Below are positions 1 through 13,200 of a stretch of 64,000 nt of DNA, piece by piece. Position 1 is the first letter of the stretch; every line of letters begins with the position of its first letter. Position numbers and translations under genes: made by a program. The DNA is taken from the NCBI GenBank assembly GCA_950097015.1, contig CATNEN010000025.1:8680001-8744000 (forward strand), written 5' to 3'. Below the pieces are notes generated by a model, which saw only the letters and a program-made list of their open reading frames with translations, had not been told where the DNA came from and did no database searches. This DNA comes from Macrostomum hystrix (Eukaryota > Animalia > Platyhelminthes).

Positions 1-205
1 GGGGGAGAGTGGTGGAGTGGTTACCTCCACATGAGCTTGATTTTGCAGCAAGGCCACATTCATTTGGGGGTGCAATCACAGGGAGAAGGCTTGGGGACTT
101 GTTGTGCAATTTACACATTTGAGGACCAACCTCCAAGGCACAGTGAAAGTGTACAATGCCTGACAATCAGAAAGTCAGGGCAGATATTTATACCTGTGTG
201 TCTGT
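1..205 (+). mobile_element. SINE family 1, 5' portion, fused to the LINE fragment that follows
   Basis: Same body sequence as the copies at 19243, 50181 and 56636 (AGAAGGCTTGGGG..CCAACCTCCAAGGCACAGTGAAAGTGTACA..GAAAGTCAGGGCAGAT..CCTGTGTG). Homology stops at about 205. Confidence 0.8.
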
Positions 206-1332
206 GCCTATGTATCATAGTTCTCTATGCATCAGAGGCCTGGGGAGCTTTTGTCTCCTGGAAACTGGGTACTCGGGATCGGAACCTTATAGAGAGAATT
301 AATTCTAGAATCTGCAAGTCGATTCTGCAAGTTAGTCCAAACACTGACAGCAATGGTGCTCGGTCCGAATTAGGAAGACTACCACTATTATATAGTATTC
401 AAAAAATAAGCCTTCAATACTGGTCCTCAGTTCGGAGCCGACCAGACTCCATCATCGCGAAATTGGTGGCAGATACAGAATACAGCGATGTTGGCATTGG
501 GGAAAAAATGAATGGTGAAGTAATGCGGAATTGTCAACAGACTAGAATAACAAAGTCCATCAAAACGCACAGAGAGAACTTTGAGTCAGAGTTTCGAAGG
601 CACTGGACTCAGAGGATGGGAAAATCAGCCAAGCTCAGCCACTTCTATTACACGTTTAAGAAAGATTTCTCCCGAGAAAAGTACCTAACAATAATCTCTA
701 ACCCACAACAAAGGCGCACAATGTCCCGATTTCGTCTAGGAAACCACAAACTGGCCTGTGAGACATTGCGCACTGTAAGACCGAAAATCGCCTATGAAAA
801 CAGAACATGTCCAAAATGTAGAGTCGAGGTAGAGAACGAAACTCATATTCTCTTTAGATGCGATTGGTCCGTTTATGTTCCAATTAGAAATAAATTCATA
901 GAGAAAGTGGCAGGTACTGTTCGAAATTTCGAAAGTCTAACAGCTGATGACAAAATTGTGTATTTAATGACACAGGAAAGCACAGAGTTAACAGAAAGTT
1001 TTGTGGACTTCATAGAAAGCATAATTAAAGCTAGATAAAAAGCCACTGCCCTGAGGCCCATAGTTAGAATGCGAAAACACAATAGCTATTCTCCTTTCGG
1101 TCAGTTTTAATTTTCCCTTTAAATTTCAATATTTCATTTCTTGTTTTAATGCCTTTGTTTATTTCAAAAAGTTGTTTTTTTAATATTTTAATAACCTAAA
1201 ATTATGTATGCTACTGTCTTCCTATCGCCTTCTCTTTAAAAAATCGATTTGTTTAACCTCAAACATAAAATAAACAAAAAAATCAGCACCCAATCAGTGT
1301 GCGCACCTCAATAATAATAATAATAATAATAA
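205..1332 (+). mobile_element. 5'-truncated non-LTR retrotransposon (LINE): ORF2 C-terminus, 3' UTR and (AAT)n tail
   Basis: Translation LYASEAWG...REKYLTII...MSRFRLGNHKLACE...RTCPKC...VENETHILFRC matches the post-RT region and CCHC-like zinc motif of CR1/L2-group LINE ORF2. Stop at 1038, T-rich UTR, AAT microsatellite at ~1310-1332. Confidence 0.8.
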
Positions 1333-3856
1333 TGTATGGTATATATGTGCACATATTCTTAGGGATCAGCAAAATGGGGATAATCCTCCTTACTGGCTGC
1401 AGGTCTAGTGTCAAAAAAAATTTGCCAGTGCCCACAGCCCTCCTGCAGTTATTATTAACTCTACAATAAAAGAAAGCAATTAGTCTGCTTTAATGATAAT
1501 AAAGAATGACTTGTAAAGTGACTTGTTAGGGTCCATATTTTATTGGCAATTGATCATTAATGTTATTAAACTTTTTTATTATGTTTTAAGTACTCAATTA
1601 AAAAGATTAGTTTGCTTGTCTTTGACTTTATAGGAAAAATACTATAGGCCTACAAACATGTTTACTATGATAACCACTTAGAACTCCATTCGGCACAGTT
1701 CCTAGATTCCTATAAAGGACAAACATGATCAAATTGAATTAGGTACTGACACCAATAGTTAAAGTTTGTAGGGTTTGACTTTGACATTTTTTAACATTGT
1801 GAACAATGAAACTTTGCTACAATATTCTTTAAGGACCTTTAAAAACAAGGCCTATTATAGTCTGCTAGATCATAAAGATTCAAATTAGTTCATAGCTAAT
1901 CATTCTAAATAGCTATTTTACTACCTTACTTGGGTTTTGACAAGCTATATATTTTGGAAGCAAAGGAACATAATAATCATGAATCGTGATAGACATTTAC
2001 TACTGTTAATTAATATTTATTGTAACATTTTTCTGTAACAATATAAGCTGATGTTGAATAATAACTTAAAAGTAAGTTGTCCAAGAAATAAACCAGTTAG
2101 AAAGCCATTTTAAAGCTTCTGTAGCTACCCAAAGTGGTTTGAAAAGTCATTTAAGATGGAATTTTTTCAAACTAATAGGACTATATACTCCATATGTTGC
2201 TATACTACGAGTATATAAATCAAATTAAAGAAAAACAGTCATAATTTATTTGCGCGTTGAACTTTTATTTTAAGCACGCCGTATCACCCTCTAATCTTAC
2301 AGAAATTTTTCCACTGTCTACTGTCAATCTGTCAATTAGGAACTTGTACTGGGCATTTACTGAAAGTGTACATAATAATAATTGTTCAAAGCAAAGTTAT
2401 TTCTAAAAAAGAAAAATCTTTTGAACTCGTATCACGCATGCATGATATGAACTGAACAAAACTAAAACACGAAAAAGGCTAAATCGTAGCTATTCATAAA
2501 TTAAGTTTTCCTTAAATGCTCGTTTATTTAATTTATTTAACTAGGAATTTCTGAGTGCAAAGTTTTATAAAATTATGGACACTTTCACTTTACGAATGAA
2601 AGTCATGCTGCTGCCATGCATAAGTTTTTCTTTGTGGCGCTTGTACTTATTGGAAGTCTATATGTAAAACATTGACAGATAGGACCTCATGTGGCACCAC
2701 ATTTGATAAAAGGGACTTATTTCTATTGCCCTAGATTATTTAACTTAGGAACCTGCAATACGTAATTGCGTGGTAATTGTAATTACTAGTGCATATCTAC
2801 TTAAATTAAGGTAGTGTAACTATGCAATAATGTACCCCTTCAAAGTAACGCACTCAAAATTTACGCACTATCAGATTTCTAATTATAGAGAATAGAATAA
2901 GCGTATGCAAATAAGTAGCCCTTTCCACGGACACTAAGGAATTGAGGTAATTGCGCCATGGGCGATCCTCCCGGCCCTCCTCCCGACCTGACAGTCGTGG
3001 CGAACAGCCAGCCTGAAACTGCGAGCTGGCAAGTGCTAGTCGTCAAGTGCCATCGGCTACTGGACACTAAAGTTGCACATTTGTTCTGTTTCAAAAGTTG
3101 CATCATCATGTGAATATATTGACAATATAATATAGGCTAATATGGCAGACCATGGTTAGTGGGTATTCTCCTTACTACTATATAATGATGCAGACTATAT
3201 ATATAGTGGCCGTAGACGAGGCACTATGTGACGGGTCGGGAGATCTGTAGAGATAAATGGAGAAAACTCAGGAAAAGGAGCGATGATTATAAATTTGCGT
3301 CTAAACCGAAATAATAGTGATAAGTTTTTTGGTAACAATACTTTATTATTTGTTATAATTATGTAGCTCGAATGCTTAAAACTTATTGAGCTAGCATGAC
3401 TTCAAATGATTAGTATATGCTTATTATATCCCGACAAAAATTAGCATGCAGCAGGAAGCATCCATCCAACTGTCTATTGCAAGAGCTTAATTATCATATC
3501 AGTGCATGGCATAACGTACTGCAGAATCAATATTATTTCTAATCGACTGTGCCATTATGGATAGGTAAGGTAGTGTTGTAGTTAGGACTACAACTATGGT
3601 AGGAAATGAGACTTTCACTAATGGTTGAAAAACTATTTCGCATAGAGTTGTGAATTATTATCGTGCGACTTCTGCATTAACGAAAAGAAAGAATTAAACG
3701 GCTGAATTTAATAATACGATACAAATCATAATTCTATGCACTGAGCTAACTAGTTGCATGTACATTTTCTGGCTGCACTTAGTAAGTATGCATAATCATT
3801 CAAGCAGGTTTACGCCTTTCTGATTGGCTTTTTAGTCGGCTCCATTTTCCAACCAA

Positions 3857-4445
3857 TCACAGCGCGCTGCCACCCACGTCTTCATCCAGGCTCATTCCAT
3901 ACTGCATGCGCCGCCTTCGGCGACTTAAAAAGCCGCTTTGAGTTGTCGATTGCTGCACCTCCTGCTGCTGCAGCTGTTGTTCTTGCTGACCATTGACAGT
4001 TTCAGCCCTGCGACTGCGCCTACTATTAGTTTCGCCATCTGCCGACCGGTTAGGCCTGCGCATGTTTTTATGCAGTAGTTAAAAAACTGCTGATACAAAT
4101 AATTACTGATTTGTCTTACCGAATAGTGTTAACCGCTTTGTCCTCCATCTCGGGCCCCTCCGTGACCGTCTCCTGATCTCTGCCCCGCGGCACCGCTTCA
4201 GTTTGCGTCAAGGCCGATTCCGTCTGCGCGACGATGTTGTTTTGATTGACCCCGCTGCCAGCGGCCGTGGAAAACTGGCCGACATCGCGAGTTGGCGTAA
4301 AGTCCACCGACTCTAGCAGAAACTCCACCGGTTCGGTTTGAGTCTCGGCATTCAGCAACTCCGGCTGCTCCTCCTGGCCCAGGGTGTCGATGCTGGCTAG
4401 GCTGGAGAAGCTGCAGAGCGAGGCGGGAGGTTCGGGCCATAGACT
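3857..4445 (-). CDS. Two 3'-terminal exons (4445-4120, 4055-3857) encoding a disordered tail with TQT-like motifs; probably the 3' end of the TRIM gene
   Basis: Acceptor tag| at 4446, donor cg|gtaag at 4119, 64-nt intron, acceptor cag|g at 4056 with matching phase 2, stop TGA at 3857. Peptide SLWPEPP...AETQTEP...AQTES.LTQTE...RPNRS...GGSAL*. The splice link to TRIM exon 2 is not resolved. Confidence 0.6.
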
Positions 4446-4479
4446 CTAGCCAGCATATCACCTGCAGCAGACTGCAGCA

Positions 4480-4790
4480 CATTGATCCCGGGGCACAGTG
4501 GGTGGGCACTGGTGCATATAATTCCATGACTGTCAAACTGCAGTCAGCGAGGAGGCAATTCTGCCAAATCCGCTGACACCCGAGCACACACAGGCGCGTC
4601 AAGCAGGCACCTCACAAAGGTGTGTGCATCGGGCCCATGAATTTCTCAACATCACACCTCACTGCGCCTTGTGGCTTGGCCCTCGTCGACATAAAATTGC
4701 ACGAAATGAAGTGGGACGCAAGAGGGGGTGAGTGGCAGAGAGCGGTCTAGCGCGTTTACCTCTGGCAGCTCGATTCCACGGTGAGGCCAC
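4480..4790. mobile_element. Two SINE family 1 fragments: body on - (~4480-4680) and head on + (~4724-4790)
   Basis: CAGCGAGGAGGCAATTCTGCC...GAGCACACAC matches the copy at 56710. GGGGGTGAGTGGCAGAG..CGG..GCTCGATTCC matches the SINE head. Confidence 0.65.
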
Positions 4791-5903
4791 ATTCATTCAA
4801 TCATCAATCTGATTACTTGATAGAATTAGAATATACAGCAACCAAACTGCAAAGCAAGCTATACGCGATTTCAATATACGAAATTCATATCCAACATTCA
4901 ATATGCGATTGGAATGTTAAGGCGTGATGGAAAAATTTCGAATGTCCATGTTTGTGCCATTGTTAGCGTGATCCGATAGGCCTAACAATTAATGTTAATT
5001 TTTTAAAAGTTACGATATCAATTTTTTAACATGGGCAGCACCGTCGATCTGGCAGTAATTAGCTCACTTCTATAAAAGTAATATTATTGCGCAATAATTA
5101 GCACGTTTCATGCTTGATAGATGTCTACAGTTTTAAGTTCGTGCTACTGTTAGTAGGCTTCAAGAGGAATAAAAAGAATGATGACTTCACCGAATTGTGT
5201 TCATTGAATGTGCGGTAAAAATAAAAACCTACCTTTCGTTCCTCATTCGTCTGAAATCCAGAAGTCAGAAAGTTTGCGGAAGTACAGTCACAGTCACAAA
5301 TAACACGAGGTAATTAAAAATTCAATGCAATGCCTCTCTTAAATACAACCATCTCCTTTAGCAAAAAACGAAGCGTACAAAGCAAAGCTAAAGCAGGTAA
5401 CTAATTGTGCGGTATTAGTTGCGTAGAAATATAATTAGCGTCATCGACTGCGCTTAATCTTGAATATTCTGTGACACCACAATGTTCCGTAAATAGGCTG
5501 TTGCCCTGTTGTTTGGGCGATATACTCCGGACTGAGTATCAATCTTGGTCGATTGAAAAGTTAAAGTAATATTCTATTAATTTTGTTTCAATTGGTACAA
5601 GGTCAAAAAATCCACAGAGGATCCGTGAGAGGATACATAGATAGCTATTTTTAGACTAAAAGTACATACGAGCTACGCTAGGCGGAAGCCAAATTAGTGC
5701 CCAGTAGATGGAGTGAGGTGGCTGCTAGACGAAGTCTCGTGACTGTGGCGGGAGCCAATCGGTTTCAAGCAGCATGTTTGTTGCAAAGGTCAACCCTCGA
5801 CCCTCGAGCTTGCTTGAAGGATTGTTGCGCAAACGGTTTAGAAATAAACAGACTACTAACCGATAATTACATTTTTGCGCTATGCCAGAGCTACAGCAGA
5901 ACC

Positions 5904-7289
5904 TCATTGCAACCAGAACAGATTCACTGCAGGCCAGCGAAAAGTTTCAACAAAGCGACTCGCATGAACTAGAAAGCAAGCCAATAGAAATTGAAGATTT
6001 GAGGCTTCGAACCTGGAGTTGGAAATGATGCAGGATCGAAACTTGCTAGCGTTAGGCTTGTCCATGTCCTGTATGGAGCCCAGCTCAATGTGACCGGGCA
6101 GGAACCGAATCTCCTTGCTCATAGTCTTGGGCAGGTCGATCTCCATAGCCTGCGACAGGGAGGACAGCTTCTCCTGGACTTCCCGCTTCAGCAGCAGAAG
6201 TTCAATGTCCTTGCCCTGGAGCACGATCTCAGTCAGGGCGCAGGTGCTCTTCAAGGTCTCGAGAGCTGATTGCAGTTCAGCCTTTCGGCCGATCACCTCC
6301 ATGGTCTGCTTGCCGTACAAGTTGTGCACTTCGTCCACCAGCTGCTTCTCGCGCTGGCGAATCTGTGCGCGAAAGATGGACGGAAAGGAACAAGCGGGGC
6401 TGAATGGATTGGCTATGGATTCTTCAATACAAATGGAAAATGAAAACAGTTTTTTGACCTAAGATGGCACCTGGGAGATAGGTACGTGTCTAGTATTGCT
6501 TGGCTATTAACTAGCTGGGTCGCTTACATCGGAGACAAACTCAATGGCCAGCTCTCGAATCTTCTTCTCAGCCTCCGTGATCTGTCTCTCAGTGCTGCTC
6601 ACTCGTTCCATGTACTTTTCGTAGACGCCAATCTTGGACTTGCAGTCGGCCAGTACGCCTTCAATGTCAGCCTTGTACTTGACAACAGCCTCGCTGAAGC
6701 TGGACACTTCGTGCTCCTTGTGCTCATTGAACGCGCAGATAATGCACACGCAGGCCTGGCAGGGCTCACAGTAGAAGCGGACAATCTCCTCCGGGTGGTC
6801 CTTGCAGATAATGTCCTTCTCGGTCTCGACGTCGAATATTGAATGGTCGCGCGTCACCTTGGTCTCCTTGTGCTGCTCAACACAAGCTCTACAGAGTAGC
6901 TTGTTGCAGTCCAGGCACTTGCTGGTGGCCTGCTCCCGTGCCCGCCGGCCAACCATCTTGCAGATGTCACAGCTGGCCGAGCTGCTGGCCGACTTCTGCT
7001 GCCGGTCCATTGTGTCAGACAGGTTGGAGATGAGGAAATTGTCCGGCAGCTTCTTGGCGCCGCCCACCGGCAGCTGTGTGCGCTTGCGGCACAGCGGACA
7101 GGTGAACTCGCGGTAGTCCGAGTACTTCTTGTAGGCAGCCTCAGAGGCGATGTGATTCTCGATGCACACCTCGCAGAATGTGTGCAGGCAGGGCAGACAT
7201 TTCGGCGTCTTGAACGGACTCATACAAATCTTGCACACCAGGAACTCATCGTGGATCTCTTGCACCAGCTTGCCGGCCTGCGTTGCCAT
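5904..7289 (-). CDS. Tripartite-motif (TRIM/RBCC) E3 ligase, TRIM2/3/56-like N-terminus; exons 7289-6528 and 6362-~6000
   Basis: RING (CKIC..CLHTFC..CPLC), B-box1 (CDIC..CLDC..C..C..H), B-box2 (CKDH..C..C..C..C..H..H) and coiled coil. Donor gat|gtaagc at 6527 and acceptor cag|att at 6363 are in phase. The 3' end of exon 2 is uncertain. Confidence 0.9.
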
Positions 7290-8190
7290 AACAGCGGGAC
7301 TGACTCGAGGCAGGACAGCGACCGCGCTGGTTCCAGATGACGCGGCCGAGGAGGTTGGTGAGAGTCGAACCGCTGATTCTAAACGACTGCTTCTCGAGCG
7401 AGATTTGTCATCTGCGGACGCTGCGAAACAGTTGCGAGAGAACTAAAGTGTACCGTGCTAGGAGTTGGAGTCTGATGACTAGAATCCTTCTGCTAGAGCA
7501 CCATTGAGCTCGTGTTACTACGAAAAAACTAACGAACTGTGCGCTCGGCAAGAAGACTGTGTTAAAACTGAAATAACAAGCTAACTGAATTGCTGGCCTT
7601 CTTGATGCACGCATTTAGAAACGAGGTACACTATTTTCTCGTCCTTCAAGCAATGATTTCAGCTGCATCCTATTTGGGATCAGGGATCAGAAGAGGTACA
7701 AGGTATAGGACACGGGGACATTGCCATTGGTTCTTGTCATTGGCCGATGTTCTGCGGTGGCTGAATGTACGCTCATACTAGTCGAAGGTGGGCCTCTCTC
7801 TACAGTCGTACCTCCAAACTGGGTCAAGGAATGGCGAGTGGCAAGAATGGAAGGTGAATCGGGTGGGCTGGAATTTTCCTTTAGATGCAGCGTCCATGTT
7901 CATCCTTCTGCTGCTGCTGCTGCTGCTGCTGCAATGGTTTCCGAGCAACGCAGGGGCAGAGCGGCTGCCATTTAGATCCCAATGGGATGACTCAGTGAAC
8001 ACAGTACAGATGCAACTGCTTGATATAGCCATTTCCAGTCTAGCAGCTGCAGCGAATGCAAACGAGGCAAACTTATGCATCATGAATTTTGTAGGTCAGT
8101 TTTATAATCTAGCAAGTCCTTCAATTCGACATGGTCTCTGATTCGACTTGGTTGGTTATGAAACCGAGACATTGACAGTCATTCTAAATT

Positions 8191-8782
8191 CAGTCAGTCA
8201 GTCAGTCAGTCAGTCAGTCAGTCAGTCAGTCAGTCAGTCAGTCAGTCAGTCAGTCAGTCAGTCAGTCAGTCAGTCAGTCAGTCAGTCAGTCAGTCAGTCA
8301 GTCAGTCAGTCAGTCAGTCAGTCAGTCAGTCAGTCAGTCAGTCAGTCAGTCAGTCAGTCAGTCAGTCAGTCAGTCAGTCAGTCAGTCAGTCAGTCAGTCA
8401 GTCAGTCAGTCAGTCAGTCAGTCAGTCAGTCAGTCAGTCAGTCAGTCAGTCAGTCAGTCAGTCAGTCAGTCAGTCAGTCAGTCAGTCAGTCAGTCAGTCA
8501 GTCAGTCAGTCAGTCAGTCAGTCAGTCAGTCAGTCAGTCAGTCAGTCAGTCAGTCAGTCAGTCAGTCAGTCAGTCAGTCAGTCAGTCAGTCAGTCAGTCA
8601 GTCAGTCAGTCAGTCAGTCAGTCAGTCAGTCAGTCAGTCAGTCAGTCAGTCAGTCAGTCAGTCAGTCAGTCAGTCAGTCAGTCAGTCAGTCAGTCAGTCA
8701 GTCAGTCAGTCAGTCAGTCAGTCAGTCAGTCAGTCAGTCAGTCAGTCAGTCAGTCAGTCAGTCAGTCAGTCAGTCAGTCAGT
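8191..8782. repeat. (CAGT)n microsatellite, ~148 units
   Basis: Perfect tetranucleotide repeat; it produces the SQSV pseudo-ORF. Confidence 0.99.
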
Positions 8783-9361
8783 ACTGCTGACCATTTCATC
8801 CCAAAGCTGTATGTTTATCCTGTTTATTAATTTAATTAGTTTATTAGTTTATTAACACGCTATTAATTTTGCGTGTTAAAATATCATCTGAACCGATTGG
8901 GGACATCTGTGATAAGGCAGCAAGGCACTCACTCTGGGTCCTGTAGGAGTATCGACTAGACAGACCGCTAGACATTGTCGGGACGGCGGCTGTGTCCGGG
9001 CAGTGATAAGCTGATGGAATGGCGAAGAAAGTTTCAACTGGTTCAGCCTTCTTCTGTCAGACTTTTCTGCTCCTTTATCTTGTCCACCCCCGGTCTCTCG
9101 CCACAGCTAGCGCCTTGCGGGGTTGCCTCCACCACCATTTGCCCTCTTAGCCTCCGCGCTGCGGCAAAATTTGCGAACAAATCAAGCGAATTAGGAAAAA
9201 AATGGGATAGGAAACTGTACTCGAGCGTAGGAAGATACGTTCGGGATAACGAGAGAAGCCTGGCGATTGGCGAGGAAAATATCCTGATAGAGATGAAGAA
9301 GTGAAGGGGTTTGGAATACTAGATCAAATGGAATAAAGTAGATAGGAAAATAGGAAAGAGA

Positions 9362-9970
9362 TTGGAATTGGGGATCTGGGAGTAGAGGCAGTGGAATTGG
9401 GGATCTGGGAGTAGAGGCAGTGGAATTGAGGATCTGGGAGTAGAGGCAGTGGAATTGGGGATCTGGGAGTAGAGGCAGTGGAATTGGGGATCTGGGAGTA
9501 GAGGCAGTGGAATTGAGGATCTGGGAGTAGAGGCAGTGGAATTGGGGATCTGGGAGTAGAGGCAGTGGAATTGAGGATCTGGGAGTAGAGGCAGTGGAAT
9601 TGAGGATCTGGGAGTAGAGGCAGTGGAATTGGGAATCTGGGAGTAGAGGCAGTGGAATTGGGGATCTGGGAGTAGAGGCAGTGGAATTGAGGATCTGGGA
9701 GTAGAGGCAGTGGAATTGGGGATCTGGGAGTAGAGGCAGTGGAATTGAGGATCTGGGAGTAGAGGCAGTGGAATTGAGGATCTGGGAGTAGAGGCAGTGG
9801 AATTGGGGATCTGGGAGTAGAGGCAGTGGAATTGGGGATCTGGGAGTAGAGGCAGTGGAATTGGGGATCTGGGAGTAGAGGCAGTGGAATTGGGGATCTG
9901 GGAGTAGAGGCAGTGGAATTGGGGATCTGGGAGTAGAGGTAGTGGAATTGGGGATCTGGGAGTAGAGGCA
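9362..9970. repeat. 29-bp G-rich minisatellite, ~21 copies
   Basis: Unit TGGAATTG(G/A)GGATCTGGGAGTAGAGGCAG. Confidence 0.97.
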
Positions 9971-10282
9971 GAGGTATGGGAAGGAACTGGGGTGGAAGGG
10001 ACAACAGACTCATGAAATCCTTAGTAAACTGGATAGTAAGGACAATATAAATTAATAATTGGAAATCTGGATAACGACAAGGAATGCAAGACAAGAATTT
10101 GGCAATCAACAATCCATTAACTGCTATATTCATTATAATCAGCAAAGCAGGAGGAAACAAGCAGATATGGCACAATGCTGTGGCGAGGTTTCGGTCTGTT
10201 CCTAGCACAATGTGCATTATTTAGAATAGCAAATAAGCTTAGGGCTAGATGACTGGGCCGGTGATTGGGCGGTTTGCAGTGC

Positions 10283-13200
10283 TCAGTTCAGCAGGTGGAA
10301 TGAATAAATGCTTGGCCTGCTGCCTACTACCGCCGTTACTACTAACAAGTAGACAGTGGGGAGAATGGCCGCGCCTGAGCCGCACTCTGAGCTGTCCTCC
10401 TGTAGATAGGTGAGAATAATGTTCACTATATAGATTTCACTCTGAGATTCACTCCAAAATGTCACTCTCTAAGATTCACTCTAAAATGTCACTCTCTAAT
10501 ATTGACACTAAAATGTCACTCTCTAAGATTCACACTAAAATGTCACTTTCTAAGATTCACTCTAAAATGTCACTCTCTAAGATTCACACTAAAATGTCAC
10601 TTTCTAAGATTCACTTTCAAATGTCACTCTCTCACTCTAAAATGTCACTCTCTGAGGTTCACTCCAAAATATCAGTCCCTTTGATTCGGTCCAAAATGTC
10701 ACTCTCTAAGATTCAGTCCAAATTATCACTCCCTTAGATTCGCATCAAAATGTCACTCTCTGAGATTCACTCTAAAATGTCACTCTCTGAGGTTCACTCC
10801 AAAATATCAGTCCCTTTGATTCGGTCCAAAATGTCACTCTCTAAGATTCAGTCCAAATTATCACTCCCTTAGATTCGCATCAAAATGTCACTCTCTGAGA
10901 TTCACTCCAAATTATCACTCCCTTAGATTCGCATCAAAATGTCACTCTCTGAGATTCACTCCAAAATATCACTCCCTTAGATTTGCTCCAAAATGTCACT
11001 CTAGGATTCACTCTAAAATGTCACTCCACAAAAGCCGTGAGCTCAGCATGCTCACCTTGGGATGCCACCTGTAGCAGCTGCTGGGCCGCATCCGGAAGCG
11101 GGATTCCATGCTGCACACGTCAGGTCCGGGATCTTCTCGCGGCTCGCGCAGCAGCTCGGTGAAGTCCAGCCGGTCTTCTTCCGATACTACGTCGTCCGGC
11201 TCCCTCGCCAGCAGCAGCGCCGGGTCGACGGCGGGCGATCGGCCGACTGCCACTAGCAGCAGGTTGGTGCCATTAAGGAACAACACCGTCACGCTGCGGC
11301 CCACGGAGTCTGCTGACTGAAAGGTCTCCCGGCCCTGCGGCTCGCTGCGGAAGTGTTGTTTAGGTAGGTGTTCACAAAGGACCTTTCACCTGTTATCTAC
11401 CTATTGTCAATAACTCCACCTGTTATGTATCACTCTACCTGTTATCTATCACTCCGCCTGTTATCTATCACGCCACCTGTTATCTATCACTCCACCTGTT
11501 ATCTATCAATCCACCTGTTATCTATCAATCCACCTGTTATCTATCACGCCACCTGTTATCTATCACGCCACCTGTTATCTATCACTCCACCTGTTATCTA
11601 TCACGCCACCTGTTATCTATCAATCCACCTGTTATCTATCACGCCACCTGTTATCTATCACGCCACCTGTTATCTATCACGCCACCTGTTATCTATCACT
11701 CCACCTGTTATCTATCACGCCACCTGTTATCTATCAATCCACCTGTTATCTATCACGCCACCTGTTATCTATCACGCCACCTGTTATCTATCACGCCACC
11801 TGTTATCTTTCACGCCACCTGTTATCTATCACTCCACCTGTTATGTATCACTCCACCTGTTATCTATCACTCCACCTGTTATCTATCACTCCACCTGTTA
11901 TCTATTACTCCACCTGCTGTCTCACATTATGTTGCATACAATAGCATGCTGGTGCAGTTATTTAACGCTTATTCAGTGTCAGGGTAAATGATCTGGTGTC
12001 TGGAAAGCCATTCTCTTGTGATTGCTATTTGCGTCCCATGCCGTTAGACATCAATTAACTAACATTTTTGTATAAAAACTTTGAAACAATATGTTAGACA
12101 TGAGGTTTATTTCTGGTCTCATTTAGAGAACGAATAAATAGACACAAAACAGAAATCCGTCTATTAATTCTTAAATCAAACAATGTTAGCATGCACATTC
12201 CATGCGGTCTGGAGCTCGAATCCCACTGTTTTAAGATTTGGGTTTCTCATTTGAGTTCGGGAGTGTGACTCTCAACTCTCTGTCCTGTCCATGGACTGAG
12301 CAGTTGTACATCTACCTCAACTGGGTATCTATGAGTTGTCTAACATTGAATCTCACCCGACTAGAGAAAATATGCAATTAGACCACATGACAATTAATCC
12401 AAATTCACTTTTGAAATAGTACAGACGGATAGGTCACAAGGTGGCACACCAATGCTTATACGCAAGAACAAATTGAATGCCAATGAGCATGACATAAACA
12501 GCTAAACTGTTAAGGTCTAGATATTTGAGTAGATGCACACTATAGTAGACAAATCAAATGCCTTATCAGTTTTGCCAGCTTGACATTTCTGACTAAAATC
12601 ACCAAATTATGCAAAGGACAAAGTGAAAAGCTATGCAAGCAATTTGCATCCGTCATTACAAAAAACAATTGTCTACAATTTTTAGAGCGATAGTTAACAT
12701 GGAAGAGACGGATAGTAACTGATCGTTCTTTACCAGGCAAAAAAGATACAATTAGAGTTGTTTCTTAAAGAAATACGAGTAACAGAATAGTAAGTGCTTG
12801 TCAGAATACCTGCTAAGCTGCCTGGAATGGAAATTGTGTGTTTATTGTCGAAACAGTAAAACAAAGAGTTGATTATAAACTAGCAGATATCTGTCACTGG
12901 TCATTGACCATATAAATTACTCTAGATTTGTTAACAATTTACGATTTTACAAAAAATTTTTTGTAAACAGTAACTTTGAGGGTAGATTTTGCCTACTGTG
13001 GAATTTATAGCCTTTTTCTCAATTTTAAGTCAATATAAAAATGCAACCACTGCTTTACAAAGGTTAATAACTTGTAGTGGTCCTGGACAAATAATATAAC
13101 TATTAGCAGTTCAGAGATGCGCTCCGAACAGTGCTACTTCAGGCAAGATTTTACTAGAGCAAACTGCTAACTTTTTGCTTCACGGTTCAGAGACACGGGA

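Noticed and set aside
2945-3110. GC-rich island encoding PPGPPPDLTV...ASW, like the start of an FN3 domain
   Set aside because: Short, with no convincing splice sites or further FN3 residues, and no partner exons.
7778-7830. Peptide WRYDCRERPTF on - resembling a kinase C-terminus
   Set aside because: An isolated short match with no other kinase motifs on that strand nearby.
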